Virus record (IMG/VR): IMGVR_UViG_3300035698_017497
Coordinates: 32,001 to 96,000 of that record
Source: a virus
Length of the DNA: 64,000 bases
Reading direction: 5' to 3' (one strand)
Numbering within the stretch: position 1 is the stretch's first letter; every line of letters begins with the position of its first letter. The position numbers and the translations under genes were made by a program. A model generated the notes under the pieces. That model worked only from the letters and a program-made list of their open reading frames with translations. It had not been told where the DNA came from and made no database searches. Positions 57,701 through 64,000 of this stretch are shown here, in pieces.

Positions 57701-60194
57701 CATCAATAAAGATCTTACTAATGATGAGCTTGACTTTTCATCATTAAAGAATATCCCAGACTTGACGACGTATATTGGAACCGCAGATCACCCAGTCAGA
57801 GTCATTGTTCCTAATGGAGACGAATCGTCAAATGTAAACCTTAGGCATGATGGAAAAACTGGAGGGGTGACTTTAACAAACTGCAGACTAGATGTTCCTA
57901 AACATACAATTATAGAGGGCATACATTTTGATGGAATAAAATCTGGAGACAGCGAAATTGTATCAGTCAGGTCCGGCGTCAAGGTTTCAAACTGTATGTT
58001 TGAAAATATGCCTGACTCAGACGCTCAGGATGAGAATGTTGCAATAAGAATAGACTCAATGCCATTTGAATATATCTTTGCGTCATTAGCATCTCTTGAT
58101 TATAAGATATTTTATGCAGGCGCAGGACATGTCAGGAATTGCGTGTTTAATAATGTGCAGGGCTATTGCGTAAATATTAACCAGTCTGTCGACTCTACGT
58201 TCAGGGATTACCTTAATGTAAATAATAATACTATGTATAATTGTAAGCATGGAGTTAAGGCTGAACCTGTAGACGACGCTTCATCTATGATGATTGTTCT
58301 AGCGTACAACAACGTCTTAAGCTTAATGTCTAAAACTTCATTTAGCGCAGGCAATAGACATACTCCAGCTTTGCTATGTAAAAACAATATAGACTGTTCT
58401 GATTCTGCAGATGACTTCCTTACGCATCCAGGATTCGAGTACTATGTTGACGACACTAAGCTTCAGTCTCCTTACAATTTTACCAATGTCAACCCTGTGT
58501 TTAGAAATGTTGCTGAGAATGATTTTAATCCTCACCCGTGGTACGATACAGAGATGATAGATAATAGCTGTAAGGATAACGATACGCTTGGACAGAGTCC
58601 CTTTAGCGATGACATAGCAGGACAAGAGCGTGGGGTCCTTAAAACTATTGGAGCTTTTGATTCCGATGATATAGTTGGGTACGCTGAGATCTTAGTAGGC
58701 GATATTGATCTTGAATCAACATCGTATGTGACTCAAGGCAGCTCGGAGATTAATATTTATCTTAGGCAGCCTGTAGATATAGGCGGGAGCGTTTACGAAC
58801 CAAACTACATACCCTCAATTAGTCAAACTTATCAGTTTATGAAGATATCGGAAGTTAACAATGCTCTAATTGATAATCCAAATATAAATATAGTTATACA
58901 TGTTGAAGGTGGATTTAATTTTCCAGCATATAGCATTTTCCCAACTGACGACGCTACATTTAACTTTTTTAATAGGCCAGACAGCACAGTTACTATAAAA
59001 ACATACGAGCCCGAGCTGCTGACAAATGGAGCCGCTGGAATAGAATACCGTAGCTCATTAATAGACAACCAGTCACTTGTAAAAAAAGTCTCTTTTGAAC
59101 AGATTAAGATATTCCAGAGTAATGACATACTTCCAGTGGAAGTCTCTGAGTATATGATACCTGAGCTTGATGATGTTGATGGATTAGAGTTTATAAATTC
59201 AATAGTTCAATTTTATACAGGCATAACGCCTACAACTGTTGTGACTCCAGTTTTCATAACAAACTCTTTGCTGATATGCGAAAGCCCAACCGCTACGATT
59301 TATTTAACAGGATCAGAGGGCGGGAGTTTTGGGATGGTAAATAGTTTAGTAATATTCTATTCTGCGCTCACTCCAGAAATAAATTACTCAGATAAAGTTG
59401 CAGCGTTTTATGTTCGAAAAGTTAATATGTATAATTACGGTGACGGAGACGTGACTGTCCCGGTATCTTCTAAGTATGACCAGGTAGTAGTAGATGTGAA
59501 TCCAATGCTAAGAACTAGTATAGAGCTTGGTGACAATACTAGATTACTGATAGATGAAGACATGAGCCAGTTTCCGAACTCAACACTGGTAGACTCTGGT
59601 GTTAATTCGTACTACGATGGTGGCGATATTGATATTGCCGGCAATCAAAGAATATTTCAAAGTAGGACAATTGATATCGGTCCATTCGAAGCAGAGAATC
59701 CTGTAATATTATTTAGTGATAAAAATATTTTAAAAATGTTTCAGGACAAATTGATTAGAGATGGGGAAGTAATTTACTCACCGTTGCTAGGCTCAAGATA
59801 TTTAGATATGCATGAGAGAACTGACGGACTGTACGACACTGTAATTGAACAGAACAGCGCATGGGACGAATATCTTAGAGGATCAAAAATCATCATACAG
59901 CTTAATGATAATATTTCTAATTATGAGATTATAACAGACAAAACTCATATAGAGGTAGGATCCTTCGAAGCATACTATGATATAGGCGAAAGAACTATTG
60001 CGTTTAAGAAAACTGGAGAGGTATTAAAAACACTTTTAAAAGCTCCGTACAATAATGGTAGGTATGTATATTCTTATAGTGCATTCAGTCGCCAGTTAGT
60101 AATTTATATTAATAATACATATTACAAAGGCTCTTCAGGAGTTAGGAATAAAATTTCCAAACATAAGTTTGGTGGAAATCCAGTTGTAGCATAA
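51708..60194 (+). CDS. Giant multi-module beta-helix (pectin-lyase-like) virion protein, 2828 aa
   Basis: About five recurring modules (SVG...D, G.LTF, W.V....G, H.G) each followed by N/C/I-rich parallel beta-helix repeats; D.AG..R....IG.F caps. Confidence 0.7.
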   Translation: MFKNPTLNNISILPIHNSNFCSFENLSEQIYFSVGSAGDMFDHSGSDNSHVYDGVISFDINQIHQSVGIGDKITMDNGDIYYIKGIVDSRSWKVGVVDGSRPSDSTDLSVVSVEKAYNGIGDAIDSIERIITNDFATSVDLQDERTIVNIACYDIDDSVTKGISFSNQITMGAAGYIRIFNPHVEGVECIRSQKHNGHLESGKYNLTLNTDSVGGTSIGISLSDYAEIDGMYIIDSSENSDYTISLSSGSKILRSYIDATIAKSNACLNSTDGTTVPGIVAYNTIDSSNYTVVLNDLALSTSDYYETWFLNNTIINAVTGINCGHADSIIARCLLQSCSTASVAHVDTSNIYDTTTGDTTVPASLGNVQSETIPFQTDYILNDVCGSALTATPTEPFEVEYANLKTDIFGNLMSLPGRGSHRYVSRRIYGVGESSADIKTGSPTVDISSGVLTFSTPQTHADVTSGYIVTLSGVDNVILHEQISSDSWLVAKHGYADKYAPADGTSITVTSITPETTSLYTAKETYIELVNVHTLDIRLVINCVSGVSNGLLDFYGSAIIPDVYKYSPDQYSEIRKDIDREFIITGGSNYSDIIWISSFANLRFTNLIFANCNTAITITSTPNIKITGCEFRDCNSDAIRDYGAVTVPCGGVLIANNIIRDCKGYAINIVDSDSPAVNPYSSYHITHNTIAKCKNGIRIAVKNLGRDSYTIMNNIIVDCGDSAIDADMSPLSYGAYSGNYSDDESILQLGELNSALENQVKFSQRVDTPYVVDTAYEATNMSVKPILNKEKFDFSTGILEKNRNDVIYCAGAYAFTIENHRFMSVRKDPLTASYSTGDVELKNSILTFDTTPSTELVIGDKVTFTDEAVSVYLASKINAYSWVVVDNTGNLYSADIEPSGTTTISEVSDDLKNAIDTDFASEFVSPASLDSKITIAIASSSVAYSHDGVEIPALWNTTSENRLVIKTPVDTFTECNSAHRHDNTTDAPLGEIRITNGETYGILIEASFVDIEGLNITRDASNISALEGIRLSDTAAYCCVTKNLIHNITDGIVQEYSVSTVMGAIIDMNTTLSIDDEAFQISDGTAEFNTAIDTGGNAYTLNAKAKLANSTSINTVGYSLVQIDDSQAISCIFDGTIIGYSSGYKLPAMYNTNCIESVTAVTQNADINNPTTGKFHRYDFDHTYAATPVYSNEATDIAGNYIKEFSKGSDQPDEDTIEMLYSYGYQTDFLSGGSSNGTISGGILTFSDVTNFDADPRFGAGHVVKMSGGDEVYLQRRVKPFYNTQWVVKDLHGETPDDLSIEAVSSIEYAVYSDIVAANNGRVFDSYHANTAHSLSRKLSTGHSQPFHPRNARMVVIAIVYPSDKISGNYGYPFQTTEAVLGAGSMTTKDHYFKLTTSYDYIWMSNYNVRYLNDSIGGIYSNNNILGNTVTPADGTVVKVAADYTVVEGLKMIYSSIQIANASECKIDGCLVYDTISATNMLEPCIANYYSGRWYQHAGLTQKFYEVSTISSIWNTVYGNSTNNGGVVSMDVDDVYYSIIDPANTSNIVEVEAMPTSSNYNIGFKYSESVTPTTAEFNVDYVDDEYAKITYDFNTVDGTPVSTYKEILIRLKFGQPIRLRLAVKADAYNGNGYFSLDKSGSYNLIAQIKVNGEWFTISDDAILAISDNDFEVKTTNSGFNEFDFASNVVATTFVTTFLKPGTTYNLGSMEKAYISSCLAMAGYYGCIMSGGRDIVYNCTAKLPTASAAFVYHYKDKLVNCYGEGISGLNTSFYPAIEYEATIHHCIASDSWLDSYIDSDNTLQCFGDYVNYNALYGNFVHGFNQRDQFLNSSGVDLSRDPDYPIQRSINGSEFDDGRNWPMGSVSQNRTNAVIIKVSVGDTSDDFGSGGTCTLKVAPITDIVQHTGYTAVTFDTPQTDVLLTAGMKVEISGWGNTTLPIYLSKKISNTVWECHTVSGLGDAGASGEFSGTVLSIKPMYDNLSDVAIPSSSGLLGINIYINKDLTNDELDFSSLKNIPDLTTYIGTADHPVRVIVPNGDESSNVNLRHDGKTGGVTLTNCRLDVPKHTIIEGIHFDGIKSGDSEIVSVRSGVKVSNCMFENMPDSDAQDENVAIRIDSMPFEYIFASLASLDYKIFYAGAGHVRNCVFNNVQGYCVNINQSVDSTFRDYLNVNNNTMYNCKHGVKAEPVDDASSMMIVLAYNNVLSLMSKTSFSAGNRHTPALLCKNNIDCSDSADDFLTHPGFEYYVDDTKLQSPYNFTNVNPVFRNVAENDFNPHPWYDTEMIDNSCKDNDTLGQSPFSDDIAGQERGVLKTIGAFDSDDIVGYAEILVGDIDLESTSYVTQGSSEINIYLRQPVDIGGSVYEPNYIPSISQTYQFMKISEVNNALIDNPNINIVIHVEGGFNFPAYSIFPTDDATFNFFNRPDSTVTIKTYEPELLTNGAAGIEYRSSLIDNQSLVKKVSFEQIKIFQSNDILPVEVSEYMIPELDDVDGLEFINSIVQFYTGITPTTVVTPVFITNSLLICESPTATIYLTGSEGGSFGMVNSLVIFYSALTPEINYSDKVAAFYVRKVNMYNYGDGDVTVPVSSKYDQVVVDVNPMLRTSIELGDNTRLLIDEDMSQFPNSTLVDSGVNSYYDGGDIDIAGNQRIFQSRTIDIGPFEAENPVILFSDKNILKMFQDKLIRDGEVIYSPLLGSRYLDMHERTDGLYDTVIEQNSAWDEYLRGSKIIIQLNDNISNYEIITDKTHIEVGSFEAYYDIGERTIAFKKTGEVLKTLLKAPYNNGRYVYSYSAFSRQLVIYINNTYYKGSSGVRNKISKHKFGGNPVVA

Positions 60195-60205
60195 AGGAGA
60201 GTTCG

Positions 60206-63200
60206 GTGAAGTTTATCAATAATAATATCGGAGATAGTGTTCAACGATCTATTGTAGAATTTAAAGATACCACCGGGCATACATCATCTCTGTCGGCGTC
60301 TGGATACGCTACCGATAAAATTAAATGGGGATCCTCATTCTTACACAAAATAAAAGGTGATACAGTATCAAATGGCAACATGCTGTATGTTGACTACATA
60401 GACCATAACCAGTATATTTTATCTGAATACCAGAATGTCCCATATTTTGACACTTTTATATCTAAAAATAAAAGCGTAAAGATGTCTAGTTTAGCTAAAG
60501 AGGCGGATCGCAAAACTTACAATGCTGCAGCAGATGTAAGTAATTTAGATGGTGCGGTTAGGTATGAAAATTCAGAAGGTTGGGCATGGCATTCTGATGA
60601 TATATATATAGAAACTGAAGCTGGGCACGACAGGATAGTTCAGCATAAATTGCATCACAAGTATAAGACTTCTCCTGCTACATATTCGGTTATATTACCG
60701 CAACACTTAGAGGAAATATACTCCGTAGAAGCAGGATATAGCGCAAGCAAAGCTGTGGTATACAACTCGATAGGGTCTTCATTCTACCCTGATTCTCCTT
60801 GGTTTTCTTACGAGTCTAGCTCTTTTAAGTCTACTGATGGATCAGCCTCCTTAATCTTAAGTGAGTTTATTCCTGAGGTACCTGTTGGCGGAGACTCTAC
60901 TGACGTTATTGTGAACCTATCTATACAGCCACACGAATTTGAGTCGATGATATTTGCAGAACTGTCTCTTAAGTGGGAATACCAAAGCGACAACCTTCAA
61001 GACGTTTTAAATGGAAATCTGAAAACTCCAATAATATCGCAGTTTAACAATACGCTTATAAATTATACTAACTGTATTGCCAGAACATCAAATGAAGACG
61101 ATCATACTGGAATAATACATATAGCGCAATACAAGATGGATGGTAAGATTTATTTACCAAAAACTAATATTAACTTTATATCAACAGCTTCTACCGCAGG
61201 TGTCCTAAGCTTGCCAAAGGCTGAGAAGTTAATGTTTAGAATGGCGCAAGGCACAGGCGAGGGCGGATCTAGAAATCTTGGAAGTTCTGGCTTTTTCCAA
61301 AATGGCATCAATATGTTTATAGAAAGACATAAGTGTTATTCTGCGACTACAACCGTTCATCCGTATCACAAGACTGCTCCAATTGCTAATGGAGATATTG
61401 TAGATTACACCCTAGTGACTAGCGAAGGCCTTGCTCCTTCTGGCGTATTTCAAAGCAGATATCTTAAAATAACAGCAAGGCAAAGTACTGTAGATGATTT
61501 AGGAAAATACCTTGATAAGCAAGAGTATAATACTGATATAATACAAAGCCTAAAATTTTCTTTCAATGATAATGTTTACAATGTTGGTGATGAATATTGG
61601 AATCTTGGAGACATTACATGGAACAGGATTGACAGAGATATATCACATGTTATGTATCATGATACCCAAAGATATCCTTGGGGTTCAAGAGATAGATGGG
61701 GAGCTCCACTATCGTATCCTTACGTAACTAGATTATTGCTTGAATTCGATTCTACTATCGGGCTTAATAACGAAAAGTATGATAAATTTGTAATAGCTGG
61801 GGTGGGCGAGCAGAGTCAGGATGTATCTATATCTAGCCCGGCTACTATAATGTATTTGACCAATAACGGAGCTTCAAATGCAGATATAGAATGGGAAGAG
61901 AGAACTATAGATACTGACATAATGGATATTACATCCGTTGGAGAACACGAATTATTTAGACCAATGATACAGATGCCTAGGGTTCAGGGGTTTATTAAAA
62001 TACTTAGAAAGAGTAACCTTGCAGCACATAAGGCTAAGAAGTTGCGCAACGGCAAGATTGAAGTTTATTATGAGATTGAAATACCATGGAGCTGCGGTGG
62101 AACTTATATAAAGAGCGGAAGTAACGGTCAAGAATACCAGGGACAGATATTATATACTTCTGAGTACATGAATGCCGGATCAGAAGAAAAAGACGCATAC
62201 GGACTAAAGACTATATATAACGAGCGCCCTTTGTATACTGGTGCTGAGCTTGTAAAAAATCCAGAGATATTTTACAACGCATGGGGCCACGACGTAAGTA
62301 CTTACCCAGACAGATACAGCGATTTGGGAGATACCCCACTGGCAATGGTTCATGTTATGGCGCAGGCCTCTGCTGTTGCTATAGCTCCCAACGTAACAGA
62401 TCCTGGACTTCTAACTGGAGCCCCTGAGGGCACCGAACTTGAGCTTGTAACTATTACCCCTGGAAGTGTTGACCACGTTGCTTTTGACGACACCGAGACT
62501 CTTGATGGATATGCTCATGACTATGTTTTTTGTATTACTCCAGACCATAGGCACTACCTTACCAGCGATAGTAGCGATGAGATGCGTGATGGTAAGCCGG
62601 CGCTAGTAGGAGAATTTGATTTAAGTACATTGAACCAAGTGGACCAAGTAGGCGTGAAAAATCATGCAGCCATTCCTGACACTAAAAGATGGATAAAGAC
62701 TTCTGCATCTGTTCAGATGATAGCTAAAAAAATGACACATATAGGAGATTTTCTGGATGACGGCGAACCTTATTTTAGCCATCTTCCTGATAGAAATTCG
62801 GTATCAACCAATGTTTGGTTTGAATCGCAAACGACACCATTTCCAATATTGCCAGATACTGATACTGACCCAGACACTACAAATAAGTTTCTTGAGAATG
62901 GGAAAAATTCAGGAACTGCAATGTATAGAATAGAGGGAGTTGAAGCTCTTCCTATACTCGAGGGGTGGAATACTGACACGCTTAAATGGGACAGGTTATC
63001 GGAACAGAAGTTTGATATGTTCCAGAGCCTTGGAGATTCTCTGCTTGATGGAGTGTTTTTACAAGAAGGCTCAAGTGCTGGTGTTGGAATTATAAAGCAA
63101 TATTTATTAAGATATAAAGATCCTGACGAGACAGCAACTCAAAGATTTTTATTTCCTGGGGATGTTGAGACTTTCGATGATGTTAGAAGCTTTAAGGATA

Positions 63201-63775
63201 TAGTCCTGAACGGGAATGTTAATGACCTGCACTTGTTGGATACTTACACCAACAGGATGTATCCAATAATTTTAATAACTGGATCAAATGGGACTGAAAA
63301 ATTAGGACCAACACCCAACGTTTATCACGAGGTTATGGTATATATTAGAAGCCTACACCACGATGAGATAGAAATAGTTCCAAACGTTGATGTTCCTACA
63401 TCGTGGGCTGGAGAAAGATATTCACTTGTTTCAAAAAATCATAATGATAAATACGCAACAACTCTACACTCTGTGTCTGATTATAGGTCGGTTAATATAA
63501 CTGAATATACTGATATTTTATCTAAAATGTATAGCAGCTTCAGGGTTAGGTCTAATATTGCAAGCGACAATGTGATAGCAGTATCCCGCGATGTAGACAG
63601 TGAGACTATGGTGTTCCGGGATACGAGCGAAACTTTCGGGTCAGGAATTATTGATGACAATATGCCAGCAAAGGGCTCTTTCGCTACGGGATACGAGTAT
63701 TTTCCTGAAAATATAGAAATTGACGCAGTAGTGACCATGTTGGCTGTAAATAATTTTCGTATGATATCCAAGTAA
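60206..63775 (+). CDS. Large hypothetical (probably structural) protein
   Basis: GTG start with AAGGAG; 1189 aa. Confidence 0.7.
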   Translation: MKFINNNIGDSVQRSIVEFKDTTGHTSSLSASGYATDKIKWGSSFLHKIKGDTVSNGNMLYVDYIDHNQYILSEYQNVPYFDTFISKNKSVKMSSLAKEADRKTYNAAADVSNLDGAVRYENSEGWAWHSDDIYIETEAGHDRIVQHKLHHKYKTSPATYSVILPQHLEEIYSVEAGYSASKAVVYNSIGSSFYPDSPWFSYESSSFKSTDGSASLILSEFIPEVPVGGDSTDVIVNLSIQPHEFESMIFAELSLKWEYQSDNLQDVLNGNLKTPIISQFNNTLINYTNCIARTSNEDDHTGIIHIAQYKMDGKIYLPKTNINFISTASTAGVLSLPKAEKLMFRMAQGTGEGGSRNLGSSGFFQNGINMFIERHKCYSATTTVHPYHKTAPIANGDIVDYTLVTSEGLAPSGVFQSRYLKITARQSTVDDLGKYLDKQEYNTDIIQSLKFSFNDNVYNVGDEYWNLGDITWNRIDRDISHVMYHDTQRYPWGSRDRWGAPLSYPYVTRLLLEFDSTIGLNNEKYDKFVIAGVGEQSQDVSISSPATIMYLTNNGASNADIEWEERTIDTDIMDITSVGEHELFRPMIQMPRVQGFIKILRKSNLAAHKAKKLRNGKIEVYYEIEIPWSCGGTYIKSGSNGQEYQGQILYTSEYMNAGSEEKDAYGLKTIYNERPLYTGAELVKNPEIFYNAWGHDVSTYPDRYSDLGDTPLAMVHVMAQASAVAIAPNVTDPGLLTGAPEGTELELVTITPGSVDHVAFDDTETLDGYAHDYVFCITPDHRHYLTSDSSDEMRDGKPALVGEFDLSTLNQVDQVGVKNHAAIPDTKRWIKTSASVQMIAKKMTHIGDFLDDGEPYFSHLPDRNSVSTNVWFESQTTPFPILPDTDTDPDTTNKFLENGKNSGTAMYRIEGVEALPILEGWNTDTLKWDRLSEQKFDMFQSLGDSLLDGVFLQEGSSAGVGIIKQYLLRYKDPDETATQRFLFPGDVETFDDVRSFKDIVLNGNVNDLHLLDTYTNRMYPIILITGSNGTEKLGPTPNVYHEVMVYIRSLHHDEIEIVPNVDVPTSWAGERYSLVSKNHNDKYATTLHSVSDYRSVNITEYTDILSKMYSSFRVRSNIASDNVIAVSRDVDSETMVFRDTSETFGSGIIDDNMPAKGSFATGYEYFPENIEIDAVVTMLAVNNFRMISK

Positions 63776-63844
63776 CAGTTGAGTTAAAAATGAGATTGAT
63801 TTATTTTTATATAGTATAATACAAACCTGCTCTTAGAGGTATAA

Positions 63845-64000
63845 ATGATTTCGAGATCAAGACCTATATCTGGACACCTTACGGATAGCGCCGGAAACAT
63901 CCTTACAGGTTCAAAAGTTGACGTTAAGATGGTTACTCCAACAGGCAACGTAACTGTCGACAGTGTTATTGTAAATAACAGCGGATACTTTGTAACTACC
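63845..64000 (+). CDS. 3'-truncated CDS (MISRSRPISGHLTDSAGNILTGSKVDV...), carboxypeptidase-regulatory-like beta domain
   Basis: GAGG RBS, ATG 63845, open to window end. Confidence 0.6.
   Translation, partial: MISRSRPISGHLTDSAGNILTGSKVDVKMVTPTGNVTVDSVIVNNSGYFVTT

Noticed and set aside
37409-60194. YxDD strings (YSDD, YVDD) as reverse transcriptase active sites; possible diversity-generating retroelement
   Set aside because: They lie in acidic structural proteins without other RT motifs, and no template/variable repeat pair differing at adenines was seen
43-63771. Numerous short antisense ORFs in the track (e.g. 5203-5442, 14987-15454, 33521-34003)
   Set aside because: Shadow frames of longer genes on the opposite strand, with no RBS or recognisable motifs
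1-64000. Genome-wide stop-codon reassignment
   Set aside because: Long ORFs are intact in the standard code and TAA, TAG and TGA all terminate genes; only 7566-7916 shows internal stops

Overview
A 64-kb segment of a large (probably jumbo) myovirus-type phage genome, AT-rich, standard genetic code. The + strand carries two morphogenesis blocks. The first (1-14661) has an SNF2-like helicase, neck/fibre proteins, a GH108 lysozyme, tail sheath and tail tube. The second (24298-64000) has a tail chaperone pair with a -1 frameshift site, tape measure, baseplate genes, a phage sigma factor and very large beta-helix fibre proteins. Between them is a minus-strand island (14968-23306) with a RusA-like resolvase, class II ribonucleotide reductase NrdJ and an Acb2/Tad1-like putative anti-defence protein. 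The standout feature is a ~2.1-kb ORF-free array (15618-17677) of ten structured units, each 110-260 nt. Each unit has a long, sequence-unique imperfect hairpin and a short perfect hairpin with a conserved G-(A/T)AN-C triloop. Nine units are also closed by their own covarying terminal inverted repeat, followed by a conserved TT-N(2-4)-YGT-type motif. Wobble-pair polarity suggests the short hairpin and closing stem fold on the minus strand (RNA), while the long hairpin folds best as the complementary strand. That is the layout of retron msr/msd RNAs, here multiplexed into an array. No reverse transcriptase is visible in the window, so the retron-like function is inference. All product calls come from motif recognition and synteny by eye; no database searches were run.
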